Numbered from the stretch's first letter, positions 47,326-57,270 are shown. The stretch is DNA of 62,106 nucleotides from Candidatus Aceula meridiana (GCA_030765185.1 JAVCDE010000015.1:1-62106), one strand, 5' to 3'. Notes: generated by a model not told the origin, from the sequence alone. Program-made: numbers and translations.

Positions 47326-48409
47326 AAAAATGTACCTTGCTCATATCAAACACAAGGCTCATCTCACGATTAATCTCCGGCCTATTATGAGCGCCGACTC
47401 GTGCGATAAAACTGTGCTTTCCAGTGTTTAGGTATAGATACACTTCAGATCCTAATGGCTCAACGACTTCACAAATTGCCAAAATGGTATTATCCGGCGT
47501 TGACTCAGAGACAAAAAGTTTGTCGTAAATATCCTCTGCCCGGATACCAAAAAAGACTTCTTTTCCTTCATAAGGCGCAACAACCTTGCTCATATTCTCA
47601 ACTAATTTTACCTCAAAACTACCCTCATCAAAATAATATTTCCCTGCTTTTTTAATAATCTGGCCGCTCATAAAATTAATCGGAGGCGAACCAATAAAAC
47701 CAGCAACAAATTTATTAGCTGGTTTATCATAAATAGTCATCGGGTCATCGCATTGTTGGATAATGCCGTCTTTCATAACGGCAATGCGATCACCAAGAGT
47801 CAAGGCCTCTGTCTGGTCGTGCGTTACATAGACAAATGTCGTCTGAAGACGCAGACGAAGTTTATGAATTTCTGTGCGCATCTGAACACGCATCTTGGCA
47901 TCTAGATTGCTTAAAGGTTCATCGAACAAAAAAACTTTAGGCTTCCGGACAATTGCACGACCTAAAGCAACGCGCTGCCTCTCGCCACCAGAAAGTTGCT
48001 TCGGGCGCCTATCCAGAAGATGTTTAATATTGAGAATTTCAGCGGCTTCGTGAACGCGACGGGTAATTTCAGTCTTGGGATACCCCCTGAGACGCAGACC
48101 AAAAGACATATTTTCAAAGACCGTCATATGTGGATAAAGAGCATAATTTTGAAAGACCATTGCGATATTGCGATCTTTGGCGGGGACATCATTAACAATA
48201 CGATCATCAATTTGAACAGTTCCTGTAGAAACTTCTTCGAGGCCAGCTAACATGCGCAGTGTCGTAGATTTTCCACAACCCGAAGGCCCGACAAGAACAA
48301 GAAATTCTTTATCCTTAATGTCAAGGTTGACGTTCGTAACAGCCTTAACGCCACCCTTAACGCTTCCCTTATAAGTCTTATTTATATCTTTAAGAGTAAT
48401 CTGAGCCAT
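47294..48409 (-). CDS. Sugar-type ABC transporter ATP-binding protein (MalK/UgpC/MsmX-like)
   Basis: Walker A GPSGCGKST, LSGGERQR, FLFDEPLSNLD, and a C-terminal TOBE/MalK regulatory domain. No permease or binding-protein gene nearby. Confidence 0.8.
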   Translation of the reverse strand: MAQITLKDINKTYKGSVKGGVKAVTNVNLDIKDKEFLVLVGPSGCGKSTTLRMLAGLEEVSTGTVQIDDRIVNDVPAKDRNIAMVFQNYALYPHMTVFENMSFGLRLRGYPKTEITRRVHEAAEILNIKHLLDRRPKQLSGGERQRVALGRAIVRKPKVFLFDEPLSNLDAKMRVQMRTEIHKLRLRLQTTFVYVTHDQTEALTLGDRIAVMKDGIIQQCDDPMTIYDKPANKFVAGFIGSPPINFMSGQIIKKAGKYYFDEGSFEVKLVENMSKVVAPYEGKEVFFGIRAEDIYDKLFVSESTPDNTILAICEVVEPLGSEVYLYLNTGKHSFIARVGAHNRPEINREMSLVFDMSKVHFFDKETEKTII

Positions 48410-48450
48410 TGTTCTTTTCTACTAACCCCTTTTCTTTCAATGAATTTTCT

Positions 48451-48478
48451 ATTATAGCAAAATAGCTTCTCTGGGCAA
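48451..48478 (-). promoter_or_regulatory. Putative sigma-70 promoter of the MalK-like gene
   Basis: Minus strand reads TTGCCC-16 nt-TATAAT with an upstream TGC (TGCTATAAT), the same extended -10 string as the hrcA promoter. Confidence 0.4.
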
Positions 48479-48518
48479 CAATAAAGTTTGTGCCCCTTGA
48501 AAAAGAAGAATGTCGAAA

Positions 48519-49361
48519 TTACTTATTGGTATATTGGATAATTTGAGAAATTGTTTCTTTTAAGTCTTTTCGCTCGACAATGGCATCAATCATTCCATGC
48601 TCGAGGAGAAATTCAGACCTTTGAAAACCTTGAGGAAGCTTCTGGCGGATAGTTTGTTCGATAACGCGAGGACCGGCAAAACCAATCAAAGCCTTTGGTT
48701 CTGCGATAATCGCATCTCCGACTCCAGCAAAAGAAGCCATAATCCCAGCCATCGTTGGATTTGTCAAGACAGAAAGATGCAATAATCCTGCTTCATGATG
48801 CCTCGCCAAAGCAGCACATGTCTTAGCCATCTGCATCAGGGAATAAATTCCTTCATACATCCTAGCCCCTCCACCGGAACCAGAGATAATCACAAGTGGT
48901 AATTTGTTCTTTGTGGCAAACTCGGTGATACGCGTAATTCTCTCGCCAACCACAGAGCCCATAGACCCCATAATAAAACGTGAATCTGTTACCCCAAGAG
49001 CCGTCTTGACCCCATTAACTTTACCCTCTCCTGTCACAACAGCATCTTTAAGACCTGTTATTTTTTGATCAGCGGCAAGTTTTTGTTTATATGTTTTGGG
49101 CCCTTCAAAATTTAAAGGATCTGTTGAAATAAGGCTGGCATCATGCTCTTTAAAAGTCCCTTTGTCAAAAATAAGATCCACCCTCTCTGAGGAAATCATC
49201 TTCATATGAAAACCGCACTTCGGGCAAACATTTAAATTATCTTTGAGTGTTTTTTTATACTGCGGGGCCTGACAATCCTGGCACTTAACCCATAGGCCGT
49301 CTGGAATGGTTTTTTTTCTTACTTTAATAAGTGTGTATTTTTCTTTTCCGAAAAGGGCCAT
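48519..49361 (-). CDS. accD: Acetyl-CoA carboxylase carboxyltransferase beta subunit
   Basis: N-terminal zinc ribbon CQDCQ..CPKCG, then the carboxyltransferase domain (GSMGSVVGE, SGGARM). Confidence 0.9.
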   Translation of the reverse strand: MALFGKEKYTLIKVRKKTIPDGLWVKCQDCQAPQYKKTLKDNLNVCPKCGFHMKMISSERVDLIFDKGTFKEHDASLISTDPLNFEGPKTYKQKLAADQKITGLKDAVVTGEGKVNGVKTALGVTDSRFIMGSMGSVVGERITRITEFATKNKLPLVIISGSGGGARMYEGIYSLMQMAKTCAALARHHEAGLLHLSVLTNPTMAGIMASFAGVGDAIIAEPKALIGFAGPRVIEQTIRQKLPQGFQRSEFLLEHGMIDAIVERKDLKETISQIIQYTNK

Positions 49362-49382
49362 AGCAAACCACCTGTGACTTTA

Positions 49383-50654
49383 TTAAGAATTCATCTTGTG
49401 AATCGTTAGGCCGGATAATACTTTAGGGTAAAAGTATGTTGTCTTAGGCGGCATTTTTTCGCCATTTAAAGCCACGGCTTTGAGTTGCTGAATGCTAACA
49501 GGGTTCATAACAAAACAGGCGGCTGCTTTCTTTTGATCAACCATCTTGAAAGCTTCATTTAAATCTTTTTTATAAATAACCTGGTCTGTTGCGATATTGA
49601 GGCGGTCAAAAACAAATGTTTTTAAAATCATCGCATCAAGACGTTTATACTCCTCAGACCCTTCGTTAATATGCTCGTGGATTAACATGCGGTTCTTAAG
49701 ACGCAAGAGCTTAATACCGTCTCGCGTATAAAGCCCAAACGCATGCTCATTCTGCCCTGCTTTTCCTAACATGATTCTCAGGTCATTAGCTGTCTTAATT
49801 TTATCAATTCTAAAAAATTCTTCAAGAAAATCTATCTTGGCTACCGGAAACTTCTTAACAACCCGATGAATAGGCAAAATGTCCAGGTTGCGGGATTCTA
49901 AATTTGTAAAATACGTCATAATAAAATTAAAACATTCTTTCCCTGTGGATTTCTTTTTACGTTTAAGGCGTGATTTCTTATACTCGAGGGCAACCTCGTA
50001 ACGGTGATGACCATCTGCAATAAAAAGTAGTTGGTCGGCCATCAAGGCTTTAACATCCTCAATTAATTTTGCATCGGCCATGCGCCAAACAATGTGACGA
50101 ACCTCCTCCTTATCAACAATATCAATAAACGGCTCATTGCCCGCTATGAAATCATAAAATATCTTTTCAGTTTTTTTGTATCGATCAGAAAAACATACAA
50201 AAATCGGGCTTAAGTTAGCCTTAACGTTGCGCCACAAACGCAGACGGTCCTGCTTGGCAGGCATATGCGTATTTTCATGCGGAAAAATCTTTGATTTTTC
50301 CTTATCTTCAAGCTTCATGAGCCCTAAAAATCCAATGCGCCCCTTACGCTGTCCGCAAACTTTATATTCTTGTTTATAAATATACAAACACGTTTTTTCA
50401 TCTTCGGTGAGAATGTTCTTTTTTGTCCATTCAGTAAAAAGCTTTTTAGCTCGAGTGTATTTATTATCATAACTATTATCTCGAGATTTTTCGAGGCCGA
50501 GGAGGATACGGATGAAATTATTCGAATGAGCATTATGAAAAGCTAGCTGATCTTCAGGAGAAATAACATCATAGGGCGGACAAACGACCTGGCTAAAGTC
50601 TTCGATTTTCTTTGGATTGTAGTGGACGGCTTTAAAAGCCTTGATTTGTGTCAT
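49383..50654 (-). CDS. DUF1015-family protein
   Basis: IKAFKAVHYNP..VVCPPYDVIS N-terminal motif and IADGHHRYE are diagnostic for DUF1015. Confidence 0.75.
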   Translation of the reverse strand: MTQIKAFKAVHYNPKKIEDFSQVVCPPYDVISPEDQLAFHNAHSNNFIRILLGLEKSRDNSYDNKYTRAKKLFTEWTKKNILTEDEKTCLYIYKQEYKVCGQRKGRIGFLGLMKLEDKEKSKIFPHENTHMPAKQDRLRLWRNVKANLSPIFVCFSDRYKKTEKIFYDFIAGNEPFIDIVDKEEVRHIVWRMADAKLIEDVKALMADQLLFIADGHHRYEVALEYKKSRLKRKKKSTGKECFNFIMTYFTNLESRNLDILPIHRVVKKFPVAKIDFLEEFFRIDKIKTANDLRIMLGKAGQNEHAFGLYTRDGIKLLRLKNRMLIHEHINEGSEEYKRLDAMILKTFVFDRLNIATDQVIYKKDLNEAFKMVDQKKAAACFVMNPVSIQQLKAVALNGEKMPPKTTYFYPKVLSGLTIHKMNS

Positions 50655-50781
50655 TTTTTAACTATTGTTCTATATTTTTGTTGACCTTAAATACTAAGGA
50701 ATAATACCAGATTCACGCTGCCCAGGAAACCAAAATTTGAGAAATTTCGCCTTACCGTTTAAAGGGCTAAAAAGACCATTT

Positions 50782-51069
50782 TTAAGATTTTTCAGGATTT
50801 GCAGGGCAAGCCTTATTGCAACAACCGCTGGAACAAGGTGATTCACTTTTAGTTTCGTTTGAGGGTGCTAATTTTGGAGCATCCTTTTTTTTATAATCTG
50901 TTTCGTAAAATCCGCTTCCCTTAAAAATAACTCCGCTCCCCGTTCCAATAAGTCTCTGAAGTCCTTCTTTTTTACATTCGGGGCATTCAGTTAAGCGTTT
51001 TTCGGTCATCGATTGAAATATTTCCAATCCATGTCCACATTCTGAACATTCGTATTCGTATGTTGGCAT
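50782..51069 (-). CDS. FmdB-family zinc-ribbon protein
   Basis: MPTYEYECSECGH..CPECK CxxC-N-CxxC ribbon. Cys-rich tail CSSGCCNKAC. Confidence 0.7.
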   Translation of the reverse strand: MPTYEYECSECGHGLEIFQSMTEKRLTECPECKKEGLQRLIGTGSGVIFKGSGFYETDYKKKDAPKLAPSNETKSESPCSSGCCNKACPANPEKS

Positions 51070-51239
51070 AACCAAGGATCCTATTCACGGACGAACAAAG
51101 TGGAGAACGTAAATTGCTCGCCGAATTTATCCAGCACAAGCTGGATAATAATTGATATTATTTAACCCGATGTGCTTCACGCACGGTGTAAATTTAGACT
51201 TATAGCTTAGGAGCGCAACAGCCTTCCTAAAAAATGTCT

Positions 51240-52370
51240 TCATTTAAAAACCTTTTTTATTTTCTCAGAAAAAGTTCTATTTCCGTTTCCGACTTCCTCG
51301 TTACTAATCTGCGCATATTCTTCCAGCAATTTCTTCTGCTGATCCGAGAGTTTCATTGGCACCTGAAGCATTACACGAGCGTATTGATCTCCAACGCCTC
51401 TACCGCGAATATCCGGCATGCCTTTAGCCTTTAAGCGAAATGTTTTTCCGCTCTGCGTCCCTGAAGGAATTTTCATCTTGACTTTCCCTCCGAGCGTTGG
51501 AACGCTAATCTCAGCGCCTAAAGCTGCTTTAACAAAGCTAACCGGTAAATTTATAAAGATATCATTTCCTTCGCGCTGAAATGTTTCATGCCTTTGGACG
51601 CGAATATAGACATACAAGTCCCCTCTTCCGGCCTGGCCAACTTCGCCTTCTCCTTGAACTCTTAACTGCGAACCGCTATCAACTCCAGCTGGAAACTTGA
51701 CTTCAATTTTACGCGTAACACGAACAGCACCTTGCCCTTGGCAAGTTGAACAAAATTCTGTAATAATTTTTCCTTCGCCGCGGCACTCATGGCACGTTTG
51801 CGCCATTCTAAAAAATCCGCTGTTCACGGCAACCTGACCTTGGCCTTGACAAGTTGGACAAATTTTAGAGCTTGTTCCAGGCTTTGCCCCTGTTCCGTTA
51901 CAGGACTTGCAAAGATCGTGTCGGGGAACTTTAATCGTTTTTTTGATGCCCGAGTAGGCTTCCTCTAAAGAAAGCTCAACTTCATATTGAATACTTTTTC
52001 CTCGCCGAGGCCGCCTTGCTCTTCTACCGCCGCCTCCGCCAAAAATATCAAAATCTCCTCCCCCGCCAAAAAGTTGGCTCAAAATATCTTCGAATCCACC
52101 AAAATCTCCTCCACGAAAAATATCTTCAGCTGTATAATTCTGATCAATTCCCGCATGGCCATGCTGGTCATAAAGTTGTCGTTTTTTGGGGTCAGATAAA
52201 ACAGCGTAGGCCTCAGAAATTCCCTTAAACTCTTCTTCAGCTTGCTTTTTCTTTTCCTCAGGAACACGATCCGGATGATGCGAAAGAGCAAGCCTGCGAT
52301 AAGCTTTTTTAATATCTCCTATAGCAGCATCTTTTTTAACACCTAAAATTTCGTAATAATCTTTTTTCAT
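51240..52370 (-). CDS. dnaJ: Molecular chaperone DnaJ
   Basis: J-domain with HPD, a G/F-rich linker, four CxxCxGxG repeats ([32 protein letters not shown]), and a C-terminal substrate domain. Confidence 0.95.
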   Translation of the reverse strand: MKKDYYEILGVKKDAAIGDIKKAYRRLALSHHPDRVPEEKKKQAEEEFKGISEAYAVLSDPKKRQLYDQHGHAGIDQNYTAEDIFRGGDFGGFEDILSQLFGGGGDFDIFGGGGGRRARRPRRGKSIQYEVELSLEEAYSGIKKTIKVPRHDLCKSCNGTGAKPGTSSKICPTCQGQGQVAVNSGFFRMAQTCHECRGEGKIITEFCSTCQGQGAVRVTRKIEVKFPAGVDSGSQLRVQGEGEVGQAGRGDLYVYIRVQRHETFQREGNDIFINLPVSFVKAALGAEISVPTLGGKVKMKIPSGTQSGKTFRLKAKGMPDIRGRGVGDQYARVMLQVPMKLSDQQKKLLEEYAQISNEEVGNGNRTFSEKIKKVFK

Positions 52371-52511
52371 AAATGAACCCCGAGTTTATGGAATCCGCCA
52401 CGCCTTATTGGCGGATGACATAAATTTGCTGGGTGAATTTACCCCGCGTAAGTGGGGTAAATGGTTAATTATTGTCTACGTTAATTCCACGCCAACGAGC
52501 ATAAAAATTTT

Positions 52512-54449
52512 TTATTTAGTATCATCCTCAGCTTCAAAATCAGCGTCGATGACATCTTCTTTTTTAGAATCATTGCTCTTGCCTTGAGAAGTATCCCCAG
52601 GCTGCTCTTGCGGCTCAGCGCCAGGTTCACCCTCAGCCTGCTCACCAGCATTCCCTGCTGCTTGCTGAGAAGCTGTTGCCTTATACATTTCCTCGGCTAA
52701 CTTATGGCTTGCTTTCTGCAAAGATTCCATAACCGGTTTAATCTTTTCAGCATCATTGGTTTTAATGGCTTCTTTTAAAGCGCTTAATTCTTTTTCAATA
52801 TTTTCTTTATCCTCTTTTGAAACCTTATCGCCATATTCTTTTAAAGATTTTTCGGTGGCATAGACAAAGGTGTTGGCTTGATTTAAGATTTCGGCTTGCT
52901 CTTTTTTCTTTTTATCATCCTCGGAAAATTTTTCAGCTTCTTTGACCATTTTATCAATTTCCTCATCAGAAAGCTTAGTCGGTGCAGTAATCTTGATCGA
53001 CTGTTCTTTTCCGGTTGCTTTGTCTTTAGCAGAAACGTGAACGATGCCGTCTGAATCAATGTCAAAAGTAACTTCAACTTGCGGAATACCCCGCATTGCA
53101 GGCGGAATGCCGACAAGATCAAAACGCCCAAGCTCAGCATTGTCGCTAGACATCTGTCGTTCGCCCTGCAAAACACGGATGGTAACCGCTGTTTGATTAT
53201 CATCCGCTGTCGAGAAAATTTGGCTTTTCTTTGTTGGAATAGTTGTGTTTCTCTCAATTAATTTTGTGAAAACACCGCCTAATGTTTCGATTCCTAAAGA
53301 AAGTGGCGTAACATCTAAAAGAAGAACTTCTTTAGCGTCACCTTTAATAATTGAGGCTTGAACCGCTGCGCCTAAAGCTACACATTCCATAGGATCAATG
53401 CCGCGTTCAATTTTTTGTCCAACCTCTTTTTCCACAAATCCTTGAACAATAGGCATTCGAGTTGGGCCGCCAACTAGGATAACTTTATCAATTTTAATAT
53501 CTTCACCAAGCTTTGTTCCTGCATCTTTTAAAGCCTGAGTAATTGGTCCACGGCATTTATCAACAATCGGAGAAACAAGCTCTTCAAGCTTAGATCGCTC
53601 AACTTTTAAATTAAGATGCTTTGGCCCTGATTGATCTGCTGTAATAAAAGGAAGGTTAACATCTGTTGAGATCGTCGATGAGAGCTCAACTTTTGCCTTT
53701 TCTGCGGCTTCGCGTAAACGCTGAAATGCCATTTTATCATTTCTGACATCAATGCCGCTTTCCTTCTTGAATTCTGAACAAATATGGTCGATCAAAAGAT
53801 TGTCCATATCCGTGCCACCTAAATTATTATCACCGCTAGTGGACAATACTTCAAAAGTAGAAGCTTTGTGAGTTTCGTCCCATCCCATTTCTAGAATAGT
53901 AACGTCTAAGGTTCCACCGCCAAAGTCAAAAACCATAATCTTTTGTTCTTTTCCGGCTTTATCTAATCCATAGGCTAAGCAGGCCGAAGTCGGTTCGTTA
54001 ATAATGCGCAAAACTTTTAGGCCTGCAATTTCTCCTGCATCTTTAGTTGCCTGCCTTTGATTATCATTAAAATAAGCTGGCACAGTGATGACAGCTTCTT
54101 CAACCGTGTCTCCTAAATATTTCTCAGCATCAGCTTTAATTTTTTGCAAAATAAAAGCGCTGATTTGCTGCGGGGTAAATTCTTTTCCGGCTGCCGAAAA
54201 CTTTTCACTTGTTCCCATTTTCCTTTTAGCGGCATAAATCGTGCCCTGTGGATTAACTGCAGCTTGTCGTCGAGCAGGCTCGCCTACTAAACGATTTCCG
54301 TCTTTGTCAAATGCTACAAATGACGGAAAAGCTTTTCCGGATGCAACGCCTGCACCTTCTGCTGATGGGATAATATTAGGGCGCCCGCCTTCCATAACAG
54401 CGGCAGCTGAATTTGATGTTCCTAGATCGATTCCGATAACTCTTGCCAT
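52512..54449 (-). CDS. dnaK: Molecular chaperone DnaK (Hsp70)
   Basis: [30 protein letters not shown], and an acidic C-terminal tail. Start at MARVIGID. Confidence 0.95.
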   Translation of the reverse strand: MARVIGIDLGTSNSAAAVMEGGRPNIIPSAEGAGVASGKAFPSFVAFDKDGNRLVGEPARRQAAVNPQGTIYAAKRKMGTSEKFSAAGKEFTPQQISAFILQKIKADAEKYLGDTVEEAVITVPAYFNDNQRQATKDAGEIAGLKVLRIINEPTSACLAYGLDKAGKEQKIMVFDFGGGTLDVTILEMGWDETHKASTFEVLSTSGDNNLGGTDMDNLLIDHICSEFKKESGIDVRNDKMAFQRLREAAEKAKVELSSTISTDVNLPFITADQSGPKHLNLKVERSKLEELVSPIVDKCRGPITQALKDAGTKLGEDIKIDKVILVGGPTRMPIVQGFVEKEVGQKIERGIDPMECVALGAAVQASIIKGDAKEVLLLDVTPLSLGIETLGGVFTKLIERNTTIPTKKSQIFSTADDNQTAVTIRVLQGERQMSSDNAELGRFDLVGIPPAMRGIPQVEVTFDIDSDGIVHVSAKDKATGKEQSIKITAPTKLSDEEIDKMVKEAEKFSEDDKKKKEQAEILNQANTFVYATEKSLKEYGDKVSKEDKENIEKELSALKEAIKTNDAEKIKPVMESLQKASHKLAEEMYKATASQQAAGNAGEQAEGEPGAEPQEQPGDTSQGKSNDSKKEDVIDADFEAEDDTK

Positions 54450-54486
54450 TTTTTCCTCCTTAAAGCTTCTCAAGCTTTTTTTAAAA

Positions 54487-55017
54487 TTATTCTTTTTTCT
54501 TGGCGACTTTCACTTTATTGGTACGAACAATCCTATCACCAATCATATACCCTTTTTGAAACTCTTCTAAAACTGTTCCTTCTTCAACTTTGTCATCCTC
54601 CTCTTGCATCAAGACCTCATGGCAATTTGGGTCAAACATTTTTCCCTTTGCTTCAATAGGCTTTACATCATTCTTTTTAAGTAAATCATAAACATGCGCC
54701 ATGACCATCTCAATGCCTTTTAAAAAAGCATCATAGTCTTCATGATTCGCACGAGCGGCTTCAATCGAACGCTCAAGGTCATCAAGAATATTTAAAAACT
54801 CGACGATAAGTTCTTGATTCGCGTATCTGACAAACTCTCCTCTTTCGCGTTCCATGCGCTTGCGGGCATTATCAAATTCTGCAAAAAGACGGATATATTT
54901 ATCTTTATATTCGGCCAGCTCATCAATAATTTTTTGATGCTCTTCTTTAGATAAACAGACATCATTATTTATTTCTTCTTGTTCTTTATCTTTTCGTTTA
55001 TCTTTTTTTAGATTCAT
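54487..55017 (-). CDS. grpE: Nucleotide exchange factor GrpE
   Basis: [37 protein letters not shown]. Confidence 0.9.
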   Translation of the reverse strand: MNLKKDKRKDKEQEEINNDVCLSKEEHQKIIDELAEYKDKYIRLFAEFDNARKRMERERGEFVRYANQELIVEFLNILDDLERSIEAARANHEDYDAFLKGIEMVMAHVYDLLKKNDVKPIEAKGKMFDPNCHEVLMQEEDDKVEEGTVLEEFQKGYMIGDRIVRTNKVKVAKKKE

Positions 55018-55019
55018 TT

Positions 55020-55754
55020 TTAAATCATCCTATCTACGAGTTGAGATAAATATTCCAAAGTCGATACAGCCTTATCGTAATTCATGCGGGTTGGACCTAA
55101 AAGCGCTAAGCGCCCCGATGGACCCCCTTTGCGGCCAAACCGGGAAACCACGAGCGAACAATCTTCCACTCCGGGCAATCCCACTTCTCGCCCGATAAAA
55201 ATCTTAGCCCTTTCGTCAATCTCTCGATCAATAAGCTTTAAAAGCTCCTTCTTCTGTTCCAAAACCTCAAGCATATAGCGAATTTTCTGAAAATTATAAA
55301 ACTCCGGATAACCGGCAACAAAACTAACTCCACGACAAAAAATAAGGTCGCGTCCATCCAAAGAAATAATGCTAGGGTAATGTGTTTCCTGGGCTAAAAT
55401 CTCAGACGTCCTTTCTAAGAGCCCTTCAAGCTCTCCCATCCCTTGGGCATACTCTGCCTGGATACGATCTTTCTCAGTACTCAAAAGATTAATTTCATTC
55501 ATCAGCTTATCAACATAATAACGATATCCCTCTTGGGTCGGTACACGCCCAGCAGAGGTGTGAGGATGGGTCAGATAGCCATCATCTTCGAGCTCTGCTA
55601 ATACATTGCGGATGGTGGCTGAACTTAGGCCACAAAGACACTCAGAAGCAATTTGACTTGAGCCAACAGGCACAACATGGCAAATATATTGCTCTACCAC
55701 ATAGGTTAAAACCTGCTCTTTTCTTTTCTGAGGATCTAGGCGTTTTGTTGTCAT
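55020..55754 (-). CDS. hrcA: Heat-inducible transcription repressor HrcA (short form)
   Basis: N-terminal wHTH (PVGSSQIA..SSATIRNVLAELEDDGYLTHPHTSAGRVPT) and C-terminal LALLGPTRMNYDKAV. Only 244 aa. Preceded by a CIRCE operator. Confidence 0.8.
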   Translation of the reverse strand: MTTKRLDPQKRKEQVLTYVVEQYICHVVPVGSSQIASECLCGLSSATIRNVLAELEDDGYLTHPHTSAGRVPTQEGYRYYVDKLMNEINLLSTEKDRIQAEYAQGMGELEGLLERTSEILAQETHYPSIISLDGRDLIFCRGVSFVAGYPEFYNFQKIRYMLEVLEQKKELLKLIDREIDERAKIFIGREVGLPGVEDCSLVVSRFGRKGGPSGRLALLGPTRMNYDKAVSTLEYLSQLVDRMI

Positions 55755-55807
55755 ATTAAATTCTTTGAGAGTTAAAATTCTTTGCGTTTAATAATGTTAC
55801 AGAAATA

Positions 55808-55834
55808 TTAGCACTCTTACATCAAGAATGCTAA
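55808..55834 (-). promoter_or_regulatory. CIRCE operator (HrcA binding site)
   Basis: TTAGCACTC-TTACATCAA-GAATGCTAA versus consensus TTAGCACTC-N9-GAGTGCTAA (one mismatch), immediately downstream of the -10 box. Confidence 0.85.
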
Positions 55835-55840
55835 TTTAGG

Positions 55841-55868
55841 ATTATAGCAAATTATCTTTTCTTGTCAA
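55841..55868 (-). promoter_or_regulatory. Sigma-70 promoter of the hrcA-grpE-dnaK-dnaJ operon
   Basis: Minus strand reads TTGACA-16 nt-TATAAT (both hexamers consensus; TGC precedes the -10). Confidence 0.75.
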
Positions 55869-55908
55869 TAATGTTTTTCGCGTGCTTTTCGCGTTGAAAA
55901 ATGGGGAA

Positions 55909-56523
55909 TTAAATCTGCTCCTCAAGCTTTGCAATGAGGCTATTAACTTCTCTGGCAATTTTATCCGGCAAAAGTTTAGTGTCTTCCATCTCTCTTTTAA
56001 GAGATTTAAGCGTTCCAATAAAACGCTTAATGTTGGTTTGTTTTTTTCTTTGCCAGGCTTCTTCGGGATCGTATTCTTCACGCTCGCGCATAAGAGTTGT
56101 TAAATCTTTTCTGACTTCTTGAGAATTCTTTCCCTTTACAAAAATATCTTCTCTAAGTTTTTGATAATCTTGGCGGTCTAAATTCTTTTCCTTCGCTCGA
56201 CGTAAAACATCAACTGCTTCATAGCTAGGAACTTTAGCAGGGTCGGTATCTTTTAGATAATCTTGCTGAAGATATGCAGGTTCTTCTTTTTCTAAAAAAT
56301 AATAAGAACGTAAAAGCTTTAATGACGTAGCCTTGCGGATTCCGATTTCTTTGGTGACATAAGTATCAAACTGCTGATATCCCCATTCTTTGTAATGCTT
56401 GTCTCGCCAAATCGAATAAAGAACACGTCCGAGTTCAATCCAGGAATTCTTAAAATCTTTGGCTGTTGTAATTGCTAAATCACGCAGAGATGATGGCTCT
56501 GCCATGGTTAATAAATCGTTCAT
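55909..56523 (-). CDS. Hypothetical protein, possible HTH DNA-binding N-terminal domain
   Basis: 204 aa with SD AGGGAG. N-terminal WIELGRVLYSIWRDKHYKEWGYQQFDTYVTKEIGIRKATSLKLLRSY looks HTH-like. Charged helical C-terminus. No family recognised. Confidence 0.4.
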   Translation of the reverse strand: MNDLLTMAEPSSLRDLAITTAKDFKNSWIELGRVLYSIWRDKHYKEWGYQQFDTYVTKEIGIRKATSLKLLRSYYFLEKEEPAYLQQDYLKDTDPAKVPSYEAVDVLRRAKEKNLDRQDYQKLREDIFVKGKNSQEVRKDLTTLMREREEYDPEEAWQRKKQTNIKRFIGTLKSLKREMEDTKLLPDKIAREVNSLIAKLEEQI

Positions 56524-56567
56524 GAAAACTCCCTTTTTTAGAATATTCTTTTCCGTTAAGAGGCTCC

Positions 56568-56596
56568 ATTGTATATCAGAAGTTTAATTTTGTCAA
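56568..56596 (-). promoter_or_regulatory. Putative promoter of the 204-aa gene
   Basis: Minus strand reads TTGACA-17 nt-TACAAT, about 45 nt upstream of the ATG. Confidence 0.4.
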
Positions 56597-56742
56597 AGAA
56601 ATGAAACGTCTATTCTCGAGGTCTGCCTATAATATAAATATTAATAAAAATCTTAATATAAGTAAAAATTGCAAAAAAGAGTATAAATATTAGTATTATA
56701 AGTTGTTCTGGTACAACTATTTATATTAATCTTAATAAAAAA

Positions 56743-56772
56743 TTGGCAAAGTACAGAATTACATGCTATATT
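56743..56772 (+). promoter_or_regulatory. Putative promoter of the riboswitch transcript
   Basis: TTGGCA-18 nt-TATATT with extended -10 TGC (TGCTATATT), about 15 nt upstream of the aptamer P1. Confidence 0.4.
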
Positions 56773-56788
56773 TTAAATGTAGAATAAG

Positions 56789-56908
56789 ATGATCGCTCTT
56801 TCATAAAGTTGAAAGGTAAACTACTCCGAAAGGGTAGGGCACAAAGCCGTGAGCCTTAACTTCTTAAGTTCTCTCAAGAAGAAAGGTTGTCTGGTTACCG
56901 TAGATCAT
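56789..56908 (+). promoter_or_regulatory. c-di-GMP-I (GEMM-I) riboswitch aptamer
   Basis: AUGAUC..GAAAGGUAAACUACUCCGAAAGGGUAGGGCACAAAGCCGUGAGCC..GGUUGUCUGGUUACCGUAGAUCAU parallels V. cholerae Vc2 (GGGCAAACC-GAAA hairpin-GGGACGCAAAGCC..GGGGUUACCG). P1 is AUGAUC/GAUCAU. Confidence 0.85.
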
Positions 56909-56928
56909 ACATTTAAATGATTTCGTAA

Positions 56929-56968
56929 AAAAGCCCTTTGAAATTTCTTTCGAAGGGCTTTTTTTTAT
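56929..56968 (+). terminator. Intrinsic terminator (riboswitch expression platform)
   Basis: AAGCCCTTTGAAA-TTTC-TTTCGAAGGGCTT (13 bp including one G-U) followed by T8, 20 nt after the aptamer and just before the SD of the small ORF. Confidence 0.8.
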
Positions 56969-56984
56969 GAAAAGGAGGGTTCAA

Positions 56985-57224
56985 ATGAGAAATTGCTCTT
57001 TAACCAAAATCTTTGCCGTTATGGTGATTGTCTTTACAATGTGCACCATCGCGGAAGCAGGCCAAGGCGCCACAAGGGTCTTTAAGTTTTCTGTGAGAAT
57101 CCCAGAAACCATTCACAACACAAGAAGAGGCCTACGAACAGAAGCTAAAGGGCAAGGATTTATTGCAACGAAAGAAATTCGAGACAGCAGAATTGTAATG
57201 GTGCAGACAACGGTTGCAAAATAA
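56985..57224 (+). CDS. 79-aa secreted basic peptide, function unknown (riboswitch-controlled)
   Basis: AGGAGGG lies 5 nt upstream of the ATG at 56985. Sec signal IFAVMVIVFTMCTIAEA|GQG. The mature part, about 54 aa, is R/K-rich. No family recognised. Confidence 0.45.
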   Translation: MRNCSLTKIFAVMVIVFTMCTIAEAGQGATRVFKFSVRIPETIHNTRRGLRTEAKGQGFIATKEIRDSRIVMVQTTVAK

Positions 57225-57270
57225 AATAGCTTTAAAAAGCAGAACTCTCTTTTTCATTTAAGAACTCTTT

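Noticed and set aside
51076-51239. dnaJ-fmdB spacer scanned for a tRNA or other ncRNA, or a terminator
   Set aside because: Only short hairpins are present (ATCCAGC-ACAA-GCTGGAT, GTGC..GCAC), with no U-run and no cloverleaf. That is not enough for a call.
55842-56122. Small ORFs 55842..56081 (-), 55882..56103 (+) and 55934..56122 (+)
   Set aside because: They overlap the 3' part of the 204-aa gene and the hrcA promoter/CIRCE region. They have no SD and a biased composition.
56600-56745. Imperfect repeats (ATTAATAAAAATCTTAATAT / ATATTAATCTTAATAAAAAAT), considered as a possible CRISPR remnant or iterons
   Set aside because: There are only two short, imperfect, almost pure A/T copies. There is no regular spacer architecture and there are no cas genes. 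This is more simply low-complexity promoter DNA.
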